Positions 16,077 to 31,873 of a DNA stretch of 64,000 nt are shown one piece after another. The DNA lies in the NCBI RefSeq assembly GCF_009914755.1, contig NC_060926.1, one strand, 5' to 3'. This DNA comes from the human T2T-CHM13v2.0 reference genome, Homo sapiens. The position numbers and the translations under genes are program-made. The first letter of the stretch is position 1. Every line of letters begins with the position of its first letter. The notes beneath the pieces were generated by a model. It saw nothing but the letters and a program-made list of their open reading frames with translations. It searched no databases and had not been told where the DNA came from.

Positions 16077-17659
16077 TTCTGTTCCCTATTTCTGTTCTTT
16101 CTCTTCAACAGGGCTGGGTGTGGAGTGGCCCACTCCTGCCAGCCCTGCTCTGCGCACCCTCATGGGCTGAGCTGTGGGGTGAGCCGGGCCCTGTCTTCCT
16201 CCCTGCCCTGGCCCTGTCCCCCGATGCCCACCCCCGAGAGTGGGGAGGGCGGTGGGGCTGCGTGGACTCTGATAAGCCTTCCAGTTCCAACTGCCAGGGC
16301 GCTGCTGCCCAGGGAGCCGTGAGGAGCGAGGTCGGGCATGCACGAGCTCTGCCTCTGATGGTAAGAAGGGGAGAGAGGGAAATGGGGTGAAGCTAGCGAA
16401 GGCAGCACGCGCCCCAGGGCAGACCCCACGCGCCAACACAGCCAAATTCCCAGCAGTGGGAAGGCCCTGCACTTCACTCCTGCCCTGTCACTGGGAAATT
16501 CCCAAGTCAAGATGGGGAGCATGGTGGCGCCTGGGGTCTGAAAGGCAAGGCCCCCTCCTCTGTCTCATCCTCCAACCTCTACCTGTCCTGCAGGGCTCAC
16601 ATGCCACCTCCTCCAGGAAGCCTTCCTTCAGGAGCCTGCCTGTCAGAGGTCATCTCACCTTTTTCTCATCTCCCATGCCCTGTTGATTGTTCTCTCATTG
16701 CCTTGATTCCTATACACAAATGGTCAGGAAATGTCTGTCCCTCGGAAATTCCACTCTCCTTAAGACAGAGGCCCTGCTCCACCAGGAGCAGCTAAAATTT
16801 CCTATTGAGACTCCTCCTGGTTACAGGGGCACAGGTTGCCCCCAGGGATCTGTTCTCAGCTTCCCAAAGGCAGGGTGTGCCTCCTCCCACCTTCCCGCAT
16901 GCTGCCGGTGCCACAGAACCTGTGCAGGGCCCAGGGGAGGCGCCCACACACTGTACTTGTAGGGCACAAAGGGACAGCCCTCTCTCTCCAGAAGTCCAGG
17001 GACTCAGCCTTGGTGCAGACTGGGTCTTAGGCAAGGCAAAGCCAGAGGACAGGATCTGCACGGACTTCTGGAAGAGGAACCAGCCAGCAGCCAGCCTCCT
17101 GAGAGGAGCTAGAGGTCTGGGGGTTCTCACCTGATCCTTAGCTAGAAAACTAGGGCTGGGCTCAGGGCGTGCCCCAGGGCTATTTTGTTCCATGCCATGT
17201 GCCGCTCCCAGGAGAAGTGGTACTTCTCCCTCCTGACTCTGTCCCCACCTCCCTAAACAAGCCTGTGGCCCTTTAACAAAGCCCAGAGTCCCATTAAAGA
17301 TCCTGCCTGGTGCTGGTCCTCAGCTACATGGACTGGGTGGCCCTTTTTATAAGGAATGGCAGCATCAGTTCCCCCTTTCCAGCGGCCTTCTCCACAGGGC
17401 TGGCCTGACTCCCCACAGCACTCACCTGGGCAAGTGCGGGCCCATTCCCCGGCTGTCCTCCTGCTGTCCCCCGCAGGTCTTTCTCAGCATGGTGAACATG
17501 GGAGCCGGGGCTCTGTCTGCATGAGGGAGGTGCTCAGACCCTGCAGGGCGGGAACAAGGTGGAGGAAGTCGCTGGCGCTGCAGAAGCTGGGCAGTCACCC
17601 CCTCCACACCCACTACCAGGGAAGGGGCAGGAAGCATCAGGGGAGTCACCTGCTCTCGT

Positions 17660-17940
17660 CTGAGAGGGAGGTAGAGGCAGAGGGAGGCTAGAGAAAGACA
17701 AAGAAGGCAAGGCGGGGCAGAGGCAGGGAAAGCCCAGCAAAAGTGGGTTGGAGGAAGAGACAGAAACAGGGACGAGAGAATGAAAGAAACAGAGAGAGGC
17801 AGAGAGACAGGGAAGAGAGGAGAGAGGAAGGGAGCCAGAGAGAGGAAGAGAGAGCTGGTGAGATGGGGAACAGAAGGATATGAAGGCAGGGGAGGATGAA
17901 GACGCAAAGAGAACGAGGTGGAAACAAAGAGAAAGGGAAT
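17660..17940 (+). repeat. GA-rich low-complexity purine tract
   Basis: About 280 nt dominated by G/A. Confidence 0.85.
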
Positions 17941-18128
17941 TCCAACCAACAGTAGGCACTGAGAAAACGGCTTTCCATGCTATTTCATTCAACCCTCAAA
18001 ACAAGTAGGTACTACTGCCATTCCCATGATGTGGATGAAGAGACAACGGTTTAAGAGATAAAGAGGCAGGAGAGAGAAAATATGAGGCAGGAATACAGAC
18101 AAGACAGAGACTGCGTATTCAAGGATCA

Positions 18129-18448
<320 letters not shown>

Positions 18449-19454
18449 GACAACAACAACCCAACAGCCTAACTGCCCATAACAGCATAAACTTGAGAAG
18501 AAATGCTGTCTGTCTCCAGCAACTAGAAGAATGCCTGACAAAGAGCAGGCCTCCAGTTAACAACTGTGGAATGAACAAGCAAACATTATCTGGACTATGC
18601 CGTCAGGGAAATAAAAGAAGCCTTGGAAACTGCATAAAACGAGGAGTGACCAGGAAAGGCTTCAGGCAGGCAGTCTATCTGAGCCAAACCTGGAGGCATG
18701 CAGAGGGCAGAGCAGCAGCTTTGGCCATGCAGCAAACCAAATATCTGGCAAGGGCATGGAGACAGAAGGTGGTGGAGGGGGTGTGGAGGCAGTCAGTAAG
18801 TTCTGAGTTGGCCCACGTGAGGACCAGGCCTACTATTCTTTGAGAATCTGCAGTGTTGGGCTTTTGAAAAGACTGAAGCTCAGGGCGTAACCTTCAAGGT
18901 GGGGGTTTTCTTAATGACCACTGCCATTCTCCAGGTGACAGCCAAGAACCTGAACTACGAATGCAGGAGCCGGACAGGGGGAAAGGGACGTCTAAGACTC
19001 ATCCTCTTGTTCGTTCAACCTGTTGAAGTGGCAGGATTGCCAGTTCCTGGACGCTACCTGCAGGGCTCCAGTGTCCCCTGGAACCTGGGAGGTCAAGGTT
19101 GCCCAGGCAGGGCTCCAGGGAGGTGTCTCCATGGACCGTCTGGTTTCCAGCCTGAAGGATTGATGCCCTTGTTGCTCTGAAGGATCCAGAACATGAAGGG
19201 AGGAGCAGGTTTTGTTGGAAAGCTGAGTTCACATTTGAACTTGTTGCAGAACCTGTGGGATTCCTGAGAGGCGACAGCCAGGGGCATTTGGATAAACTCT
19301 ATGAGAGCTCCAGAGAGGGCTGGGCTGGAAATAGATTTTGCAGCTGGTAGCACAGCAGGTGAAGCCATGGAGATCATACAGATTACAGCCTAGAAGCTAG
19401 AGAAGAGGGCCTAGCAAAGAAATGTGGGGCACAATATTTAAGAAGACAATATTC

Positions 19455-20125
19455 GCCGGGCACGGTGGCTCATGCTTATAACCCCAGCACTTTGGGAGTG
19501 AGGCAGGTGGATTGCTGGACCAGCCTGGGCAACACTACAAACATCTCTCTCTACAAAAAAAATACAAAAATCAGCCAGGCATGGTGATGTGCGCCTATAG
19601 TCCCAGCTACTTAGGAGGCTGAGGTGGGAGGATCACTTGAGTCTGGGAGGTCGAGGTTGCAGTGAGCCATGATCGTACCACTGCACTCCAGCCTCCAGCC
19701 TGAGACAGAGTGAGAACCTGTCTCAAAAAAAAAAAAAAAAAAGACAACATTTAATATCCAGTTGTGAAGAGCCACTGCCAGAACCTGAGAAGGAATGGTG
19801 GAACAAGAAGAGCAAGAAGACTAGACAGAGAACAATTTTTTGAGATAAGGTCTCACTCCCATTGTCCAGGCCAGAGCACACTGGCGTGATCTCAATTCAC
19901 CGCAGCCTTGACTTCCCGGGCTCCAGTGATACTCCCACCTCAGCCTCTCGAGTGGCTGGGACTACAGGTGCGGGCCACCATGTCTGGCTAATTTTTTGCA
20001 TTTTTGGTAGAGATGGAGTCTTGCTATGTTGCCCAGGCTGGTCTTGAACTCCTGGGCTCAAGCGATCTGCCTAACTCAGCCTCCCAAAGTGCCGGGATTA
20101 CAGGTGTGAGCCACCGTGCTCTGGC
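19455..20125. mobile_element. Inverted (tail-to-tail) old Alu pair, 19455-19742 + and ~19835-20125 -
   Basis: Alu consensus on both strands about 95 bp apart. Confidence 0.9.
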
Positions 20126-20979
20126 AAGAACAATGTTTTAAGAAGCATGAGGATGTTGAGTATCAAATGCCGCAAAGTTCGGGTGAGAAAACTGAAGAGT
20201 CTACTCGGCAATCAGGAGTTCATTGGAGACTCTGGCAGAAGTTTTCTATAGTAGAATGGCAGGAAATGTAGCCATACTGAAATTTTGTTAGGGACAAACA
20301 GGTGATGAGGAAATGAAGAAAATGAGAATGAAGACTGTTTTTAAGAAACTGGAGTGTGAAGAAAACAGTAGGACAATAAGTAAGAAACCTCAACGGGGTG
20401 TGAGGACAAGTTCCCCAGGATAAAGTGGATAAGATGGAGGTTGGCACTTAAGATTTGGAGCAGGTTCAACAGAGAGGAATGGCAAGGTTTGAGGGATGGT
20501 TCCTGACGTCTAAGGGCGCATTTAATATTCTTTCAAGGTTAAGGTGGGGCAAGATCTGGAGGAGAGAGGATAGTACCCCAAGTGTCATCATCCATTGACA
20601 GGTCAATAGGTAGTACAGCGACATGGGAACAGAGCAGGTGTGCACAGAAAGCATGGTTTCCCAGGGAGGGCAGTATTTTTCCATGAGGATGCAAGAGTGA
20701 AAAGCCTGGGAGATTCCACGAAGAGCTGAGGGGCTTCTGAGCCACAGCTTAAACCTTAACCCTCCTCCTCTCAGATACATTCAAATCCAAGTACTGATAA
20801 TAATCTAGTAAGACCTGGGCTTCCCTGGCTACCGTCTATCAAGGAATGCCAGTGTCTGCCTCTGGGCAGTGCGCGTTGGATTTGGGTTCTCTGCGGGGTC
20901 TTGCTGATCTTAAAGACAATGCAGGGGCCTTGTGAGTCTCACCTCTGTACCCCCAGCACATAACAGGTGCTCAACACAT

Positions 20980-21516
20980 TCGCGAGGGGAGCGCTGAGCA
21001 AAGCGGAGGCCCGGGTTCCCTCCTGGAGAAACCTGCTTCCCCTCCAAGGCCTCAAGCGTCCGCTCCTTCACTGACCTCAATCGTTGATTTCGGCTGCACT
21101 TCCTATCCCTGGGGGAGCTTTCAACGCTCCGCCGTCCAGGCCGCCGGGCCCCGCAGCCCGCGCCCCGCTCTCTAGGGCTGGGCCCCCAGGGGCTGGACGA
21201 CCTCTCTCGCCTTCGCTTTCTCAAGCGTAAATCGGGCGGCGGGGGCTGCAGAGCCTTCATCTCTTCCTCCGTCCCGGGATGTCGGAGAGACGGCAGCCCA
21301 GCCTCCGCCACCGCAAAGCTGCTTAACGGGCAGCGCGAGTCCCTCGGGCACCGTTGGAGGCCGTTGCTCACCGTTGGGCAAGTGCTTTAAGAAGCACGAG
21401 GATGTCGAGTGTCAAATGCGGCAAAGGGCTCAGAGCTCGCCGCCAAGGGGCGTGGCCTCCGGGCCGCGGCGGCCTCTGGGAGTTGTAGTCCCGCCTCAAC
21501 TTGTGGTGGCCTCTTT
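20980..21516. promoter_or_regulatory. CpG-rich promoter, left half, with ZNF143/SBS-type motif and GC box
   Basis: Dense CpG; GACTACAACTCCCAGAGGC on the minus strand at 21472-21490; GGGGCGTGGC at 21447-21456. Confidence 0.8.
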
Positions 21517-21550
21517 AAAAAAACAAAAAACAAACAAACAAAAAAACACT

Positions 21551-24096
<2,546 letters not shown>

Positions 24097-24106
24097 CCAA
24101 AAATCT

Positions 24107-24540
24107 AAGTAAAGGGGTCGGAACTACATCTCCCAGGAGGCCCCGCGGCTCGCCTCTGGCGGGGCGGGGCTGGAGGGGGCGTGGTCAAGGCCTCGGCTCC
24201 TCCGAGCGCCTCCCAGCTCACGGCGCCCCCCGAACCCGGCTCCAAGGGACTCGGTATTCCCCAGCGCCGGCTCCGGGCAGTCCCGGAAGGGCTCAAGGGC
24301 TGGGCGACTGGCTGATCGAGACCGTCCGGGTCCTGGCTCTCGGGTCACTTGCAGAGGCCTGAGCAGAGCGTAGGGAGGGCTGGAAGGGAGGAGCCCCGGG
24401 GGGCGGCGGTGCTGAACCGGGTAGAGTCTTGAAGGTCACGGTCAGGACTGGAGTGGGAGGGGAGTCAGAGGCCTGCTGCGGAGGCCCAGGTTAGAAACGA
24501 GGCTGCCTTGGACTCGGTCGGTGGCAAAGAAGACGACACG
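24107..24540. promoter_or_regulatory. CpG-rich promoter, right half, with ZNF143/SBS-type motif and GC boxes
   Basis: ACTACATCTCCCAGGAGGC at 24123-24141; GGGGCGGGGC at 24161-24170; GGGGCGTGG near 24176. Confidence 0.75.
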
Positions 24541-24568
24541 TGGAGGCAGGGCTTAGAAGTAGAGCTCC

Positions 24569-24900
<332 letters not shown>

Positions 24901-25175
24901 AAGTAGTGCTCATGGGCTTGACTGATAGGACGTGGGATGGCAGGAAGAGGGTGAACTTGAGGGTGACATCTAGATTTTTTTGCTCAATCCATGGGGTACC
25001 AAGAAGTGGTAATGCCTGAGGATCTGTTGTTTTGGTGGTGGTGTGAGCCCATCTGACATCTAAGTGCAGTCACTGAGTGGACAGGAGGATACAGAGGAGC
25101 CAGCCGCCTGGAGAGGGGCTTTGAATCAAGGGCATGGGATTGGCAAAACGGGCCAGATGGTGTCACTGGGTGTGG

Positions 25176-25293
25176 GGGCGGCAGGGAAGGCTGAGGACAG
25201 AGCCTTGGGAAGAACACGTCCAGTTGGAGGGCGGCAGGGAAGGCTGAGGACAGAGCCTTGGGAAGAACACGTCCAGTTGGAGGTCGGCAGGGA
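25176..25293. repeat. 53-bp tandem duplication (~2.2 copies) within L2-like sequence
   Basis: Unit starts at 25178, 25231, 25284. Confidence 0.9.
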
Positions 25294-25832
25294 GGAGCAT
25301 TGAGTACAGGGGACTGAGGATGGCCGATGAGGTAGAAAGAAGGCTGGTGTGGTGCCCTTGAGACTGGAGAAGGAGCCTCCAGATGGATGAGTCATAACCC
25401 ACGAGAAGTGAAGCTGACATGCGGACATGCCCACTGGGTTGGGAAACATGCTCGTTACTAGAGATTTTGACTGTGCAGTTCCAGTGGAAGGGTGGACAAT
25501 AGCTTGATTGGAAAGGAATGAAGAGGAATGGGATGCGTGGAAGTGGAGGCAGTAAGTGTAGATGACGCTTTCAAGGAATTTTGCTTTAGAGCATTGAGAC
25601 AGAGGCTAACAGTATGTCACATCCAGGGAGGTTCTTCCGAGTAAAGGTATTCATATTACAGCCCGTTTGTAGGTTAATGAGAATGATCCAGAAGGGAGGA
25701 GAAGCTAATGGTGCAGTGGAGAGCAGAGTCCCTGAGCAGGTGAGCAGGGATGGGGGCCCATGCCCATGTCGGAAGCGGGCGCCACACTGCTTCATGATGG
25801 AAGGCAGAACGCCTGGGCCAGGGTGCAGGCAG

Positions 25833-26290
25833 GTGTCACAGAGAATGTCCTTCATGACCACATCCTAGTTCCCAGAACCTGCGAATATGCTACTTTACAT
25901 GGCAAAAGGGAGTTTGCAAATGTGATTAAGAATTAAGCTAAAGACCTTCATACAGGGAGATTATCCTGGATTCTCCAGGGGGCTGGTGTCATCACAAGGA
26001 TCTTTAAAAGTAGAAGTAAGGAGGAGACGTGACCAAGGAAGAAGGGTCAGAGAGACGCAATGCTTCCGAGGAACTCTGAGGATGGAGGAAGGGACCATCC
26101 TCCAAGGAATGTGGGTGGCCCCTGAATGAAGAGGCAGGAGAAGGCACACAGCCCTGCCTGCCAACACCTTGATCTTAGCCCAGTGAATCCTGACAGACTT
26201 CTAACCCGTGGAACTGCAAGACAATAATCGTGTGTTTGAAGCCACCAAGAGTGTGGTCGTTGGTTTTGGCAGCCATAGAAAAGTAATACA
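25833..26290 (+). mobile_element. MLT1-type LTR
   Basis: ttacatggcaaaagggagtttgcaaatgtgattaag ... gcagccatagaaaagtaataca. Confidence 0.85.
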
Positions 26291-26297
26291 GTGGGTC

Positions 26298-26406
26298 AGG
26301 GATCCGGGTGGGAAGGAGACAGCCCTCAGAGAAGGGATCCGGGTGGGAAGGAGACAGCCCTTAGAGAAGGGATCCGGGTGGGAAGGAGACAGCCCTCAGA
26401 GAAGGG
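26298..26406. repeat. 35-bp minisatellite x3
   Basis: gggatccgggtgggaaggagacagccc(tc/tt)agagaa; GATCC at 26301, 26336, 26371. Confidence 0.93.
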
Positions 26407-28034
26407 CTTGTGGGGAGCCTGGGGGTGCTGGGAGAGGAGCTGGTGTGAAACAACCAGCTGGCTGGGAAGCTGGTGGCCCCAGGCTGCACCGCAGGCAAGA
26501 GCAGCTCTCAGCCCCAGGAGGCCAACAGTGGTCACTGGTGTGGGAGCCAGTTACATTTCCAAAAGAAGCTGCACTTGAGGATTACTGTGAAGCTGACTTT
26601 AGGGCTGGAGGGGCACAGGGCCAGAGTTCTGGGTTAGTGGCTTCTGACTCTGGTCCTAGCAACGCTTTTACTCCAGGTCAGCCTCCTGCACCTTGCCTCC
26701 TGGGCTTCCCCTTGACCCCCTCCTAGGGCATCTGGGAAGGTGTGATGAGTGGACTTGAGAGGTGAAAGTTGTTCCTTTGAAGCAGTCCATGGCTGATGCT
26801 CCCTGAATGGCATGAGAGCTCATTGGCATGGCCTCTGGGTGCTACTGGAAACCAGGGCTTTCAGGATGGCCCGTTATCCATCCGTGTCCTGGTGGGTACA
26901 TCCTACATCAGCCTGTCTGAGGACATTAAAATAATCCCAGGAATGATATTTCCATTGCTCAAGACTTCTTCTGTGGCACTGGCTCCCCCACTGCCCCAAT
27001 AGCTCGGCTCCAGATGATAAAGCTGCATCTGGTTATAGCCCAATGGCTTCTATGATTGAATTGAGGTGAGCCAGAGTGAACCTCAAACTTTGAAACACCC
27101 CTGGTGGCCAGGACCTGCTTGGGGGCTTTTGTAAAGGGGCTGCTGGGAAAGGTGTTCTTAAGGCAAAAGCACATGTCCAGAGAGGAGACCCCGACGTCAA
27201 TCCTAAGTTGTCACACCTTGGCCCTAGCCTGGGGACTGCCAACCCACAGTGAGAAGCTGCTGCTTTGGGGTCCTGGAGCAGGAGGAGGGGGCTAGGCTAA
27301 CTGTGGCGGTGACTTCAGCCGGCTGACCACGTGCTATCTGCAGGTCTGGCCGAGCCCAAGAGGGCAGGCTCCCGCACCCCAGCTGCCCATCCTGCCACCC
27401 TCCATCCCTGAGGGTTCTGACCTCCTGGACCCAGTTTGACCTAACGCTCAAGCCCCCTGGGGCCTTGGCGCTTTCATTTCAGGCCACAAACTGGGTGGGT
27501 CTCCTTGACCCTGAAGTCAATGGCAGCAGTGGGGAAGTTCCTTCTTCAGTCAAGATAAGCAACAACCTCACACAAGTAGACTCATGTCTATGTCATGCTC
27601 GTGGGTCCTAAAACAGGTCTTTAAAAGATACTTTCAAACCAAATAGGTAGCAATTAGGCATTATTTTATTATTCCTGAAGCTCATGAACAAGAAAATGGC
27701 ACAGAGACAGGTCATCTCCCTATTGCTGAGTTACCCTGGAGACAAGCCTCATGCAAACAAACTCCTTCTCCAGGACACACAATGCCCAAGAACAGGCTGG
27801 GTCTGAGGACCTGCCTAGCATGGGGGGCAGAAGCACTGCCTGCTGCAGAGACAGCCACGGAGTGCATCCCCACCACCATCACACTGCTCACTCTGCTGAG
27901 AAAGGGTGAGGTTTTAAAGGACATTCACCAGCCTCAGATGCAGGGGAAATGTGCTTAGTTTAGCATTTACATATCTTGACACAGTAATGACACATCACTC
28001 AACAATACTTCAAGGGTAACTAACTCCAAAATTC

Positions 28035-28040
28035 TTTATT
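28035..28040 (-). terminator. HES6: HES6 polyadenylation signal AATAAA
   Basis: tttatt on +, about 530 nt after the stop; a second candidate at 27665-27670. Confidence 0.75.
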
Positions 28041-28568
28041 TAGTAAAATTGTCACATTTGATGTCAATGGAATACACAAACTCAAGTGTGCTACAAACAA
28101 GATGTACAGAGCATCACAGCTCTGGGCAGTGCAGCTCAGTGCACCTGCCTCTCATCTCCCCGCTGAAGTGGCAAGTTCAAGCTTTTGTTTAGCCCAGGGC
28201 TGCCTGGAACACTAGTGCCCAGCACCATTTCTGCCACCTCTGCCCCCAGAGCCCGCACAGGGCTGGTGAAGCCTGGGTGGGTGAACCTGGGAGAGCGCTG
28301 GCAGCTCTACAAAATTCTTCCTCCTGCCCGTAGCTCCCTCCCTCCACCCACTCCAGAGCTGCAGGGTCCCTAAAAGTTTCTTAAGAAACGGGGCTGGGGC
28401 CTGACTGGGCTGGTTACCAGGGGCTGCCCTGCAAGCCATCCATCAGAGGAGGGAGGGAAGACCTGGGAGACTTCCAGGGCCCTACCCCACCACATCTGAA
28501 CCCCTGGGAGGAGGGAGGAGATCCAGGGAGGGCCGGGCCCACCCCCGCAGGACTCTGGCTGGCATTGG

Positions 28569-29647
28569 TCACCAAGGCCTCCAGACACTCCGGGCAATTT
28601 GGGCTGTGGTCAGGCTGCCCAGGGCTGCGGGCACCAAGTCGGGCCCCTCAGCAGGAGCCTGACTCAGTTCAGCCTCAGGGGCCTCCTCCAGGTCGGAGCA
28701 CAGGTCGTCCCCAGGACCCGGGGGGCTGGGTATTGGGGATCCCGGAGCGCCCCCCGCAGGCCAGCCACTCCGTCCAGGGGCTCTAGGTGGCCCCGCCAGG
28801 GCGTCCCCCAGCAGATCCTGGAAGCTGCTGCCCTCACGCAGCGGCATGGACTCGAGCAGATGGTTCAGGAGCTCGGCAGCGACGGTAGCGTCGATGGCCT
28901 GGCACGTGGACACGAACGTGTGCACCTCGTGCATGCACTGGATGTAGCCGGCAGCGAAGCGCTCGCTCGCTTCCGCCTGCAGCTGCTCGCGCTCTGGGCC
29001 CGAGGGTGGGAGGGAGAGAGCCGCGTCCCGCGCGGTGAGCGGCGACTGCGTGGCCCAGCCCACCCGGCCCGCGGGGACGCGGCTCACCCAGGAGACGCGG
29101 GGGCGCACCCTGCTCCGGTGGGAGCCCTCGCCGCCGACAGGACAGGGGCGCCGGGAGGGAAGTCCTCCGTCTGGCAGGGGTTACAGGCGCCCGCGGCCGG
29201 CGCCCCCGCCCGCCCCGCCGCCACTCACCGCGCGCCCGGCCCCGCAGCACACCCTGGACCCGCCGCACCGTCAGCTCCAGCACTTCGGCGTTCTCCAGCT
29301 TGGCCTGCACCTGCGCGGGCGGGAAGGGCGGTGAGCCGGCAGCGCGCTCCCGGACCCGCCCGCCCGCCCCGCAGCCCCACGGCGCCTGCCCGGCCGCCGC
29401 ACCTCGGCGCCCGCCAGCAGCAGCCGCAGCTCCTGCAGGCTCTCGTTGATCCGCGCGCGCCGCTTCTTCTCCACCAGGGGCTTCCGGGCCTGCGGGGAGC
29501 GGGGCACTGAATCCCAGCCCCGCACGGCCTCCCGCCCGCTTGCTCGCCCATGGCCCCGGCCCGCACCTTGCGGTCCCCTCGCGTCTCCCAGCCGTCCTCA
29601 TCCTCACGGCCCACACGGTCCCGGCCAGGCGCCGCGGGTGGCGCCAT
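28569..29647 (-). CDS. HES6: Transcription cofactor HES-6 (bHLH-Orange-WRPW), 224 aa; join of 29567-29647, 29403-29489, 29229-29310, 28569-28993
   Basis: GT-AG boundaries checked; 81+87+82+425=675 nt; RKPLVEKKRRARINESLQELR, Orange domain FAAGYIQCMHEV, C-terminal WRPW. Confidence 0.98.
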
Positions 29648-29795
29648 GCCCGCTCCGCCGGGGACGCGGCAGGGGCTAGGAGCAGCGGGGACGGGGAGCG
29701 GCGGGGACCGGAGTGCCGGCGCCCTCCGCTGCCCCGCGGCCGCCCAGCAGCAGCCCAGCCGTCCGCGCTCCTCGCGGCTTCCGGCCCGCCGCGGT

Positions 29796-29940
29796 CCCGC
29801 CCCTTTTATAGCCGCTTATTTGCATCTCAATGCGCCGATTGGCCGCGCGGGCCCGGGGCGGCCGACCGCGAGGCGCGCTGCAGCCAATCGGGGCAGCGCG
29901 CTTTGTCCGGCCCAGCGGCTCTGGCGGTCGGGCAGCTGGC
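29796..29940 (-). promoter_or_regulatory. HES6: HES6 core promoter: TATAAAA (29804-29810), octamer (29818-29825), CCAAT boxes (29838-29842, 29884-29888), E-box CAGCTG (29933-29938)
   Basis: Motifs read directly, 160-290 nt upstream of the ATG. Confidence 0.8.
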
Positions 29941-31839
29941 TGAGCTAGGCGGGGCCCCCAGCCCGGCCTTCCCTAGACCCCCGCGGGGGCGGCACCGGGG
30001 CGGCGACCCCGGGTAGCTGCGGCCCTGCCCGCGCTTGTTTCTCTCCGTCTGCTGCTCTAGGACCACTGATCTGCCGCGCGTGCGAGCAGGCGTCCACCCG
30101 TCCGTCCGTCCGTCCACTCATTCATTCACCCATTAATTCATTCATTTCCCTCCTTCGCCGATGGCGCCTCCAGAGTTGAGCGCTGGGGCCACTGGCCCCA
30201 GGAGATGCGTCCCTGGTGTGCAGAGCCACAGTCAAGTCCGCGGTCTCTGGACCTAGAGGGGTTTCAGGTCCCGGCTGGGGTGGCTGCCAAGCCCCGGGGA
30301 GGCAGGGTCCATTGGGCAGCGGTGGCGGGGCGGCCCCTGAGTTTCTTCCGGACTCGTCCAGACGCCGGGCCGGACCCCCGACGCCGCCCTCCGCCAGCAC
30401 TGGAGTCCTAGTGGGGCGGGGTCCCGGGTGCTCCCGCCCGCGCCGCTCTCCCCCTGGGCTCTGCGGGTCACCAGCCCCGCCCCCCTCTGAGCTCCCCCAT
30501 CTCCCTCTAGTCCCCTTTGGCCCCCGGGGCCCCCTCCCTCCCTTCCACTGCCCCCCGCCCGCCTCCCTCCTCCCCTCCTCGTCCTCCGCGCCCCGCCTCC
30601 CAGGCCCGCCGAAGCTGCCGTCTGGTCCTGTAACTTGATGCCCGTGACAGTTGGCAGCTGCGGCCGCTTCGGCGGAGAAAAGCGAGAAAAGCGGCGGCCG
30701 CGCCAAGAGCGACAGGTGTTGGCCGCGCCTTTGTCTCGCACCCTTTGTCCGGCGGGCAGGCGGCGGGCGCTTGTCCCGGCCAGACGCCCGCGACTCCCCC
30801 ATCGCGGCGGGCCGCCCATCTGCTGGGTTCCTCTTGGCCGCGGGCGGGGTGCGTGGGCGGTGGGGCCGCGCCCTCGGGCAGCGTCCTGGGGACCCCTGCC
30901 CGGCTCCTGCCCCGGCGTCAGTCCAGACGCTGTGTGGAGGAGCCGGAACGGGAGACGCCTTCTCGGACCCCAGCCGGCCGACTACCAGCCTGCCCCGCAC
31001 AGCACCTGCCTTCCTCAGTCCCCACTACTCACCCGGGCTGGGATCGTCAGGGTCTGTTCTGAGCCCCTCCAGGCTATAAGCGTCCCTGGACAAGGGCACA
31101 GTCTGACCTAGGACCCCCTGTCCACCTCCCCGCACCCCCAGCAGAGCCTGGCCTCACAGAAGCGCTGGTAGGTAGGGAAGGTGAGGGGTGGCCCTGGCAG
31201 GATGGGCTGGAAGGCCGCGTGGGAGGGGAACATCACGGGACCGCAGCAGCTGAGCGGAGCGGCAGGACTAGGCTGCAGACCGACCGCCCCACTGCCCCTA
31301 GAGAGGTCTGACAGGCCTCCCATGGCCCCTTTACTTGCGCCTCTCCACCAGAGGGACCCCTGCAGGCTTCCTGCTGGGTGAGTTTGGTGAGAGGTTTGAA
31401 AGCTCCCAAAGTCACCTCACTGACCTCTGTAATTACCTGGGACCCCCTCCCGCTGGCTCCCAACTGTCCCTGCTCTGGCTCTTGGTTGCTCTATGAGCAG
31501 GGTCCTGAGACTTCCCCCAGCCCAGCATCACTCACCTGGGTGTGAAACTACCGCTTTACTTCACACACTCCCCACCTGCCCAGTAGTGGGGCTGGCAGGG
31601 TGGGGCTGGAGTGGTGGATCCCAAGGAAGTGGATTATTAGCCTGTGACTTTACTCTCCTTCACCACTTAGACATCACCCCAGGGAAGGAGAACCCCCACT
31701 CCCCCAAGTGGCTACAATGACATTTCCACTACTTCGAGAAACTGTGATAGGGAAAAATAAACTCACTGATATTTCCTGTACTCCCAAGTTTGCAAACTGA
31801 TTTACACTCCTCTCATTATCCAAACGAACAAGGCCAAGT

Positions 31840-31873
31840 AGATGTTTTAGGATGCTCTCATCCTAAAACATCT
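31840..31873. repeat. Perfect 15-bp inverted repeat with 4-nt loop
   Basis: agatgttttaggatg-ctct-catcctaaaacatct. Confidence 0.95.

Larger units (their letters stand above)
28550..31300. promoter_or_regulatory. CpG island over HES6 and its upstream region
   Basis: Very high GC and CpG density. Confidence 0.92.

Noticed and set aside
15597-16322. 241-aa ORF
   Set aside because: Mostly within an MLT1-type LTR; non-ATG start; no recognisable motif.
28599-31111. Long ORFs in the HES6 CpG island (303, 260, 292 aa and others)
   Set aside because: Stop-poor GC-rich shadow frames with R/G/P/A bias and no domain; HES6 exons account for the real coding signal.
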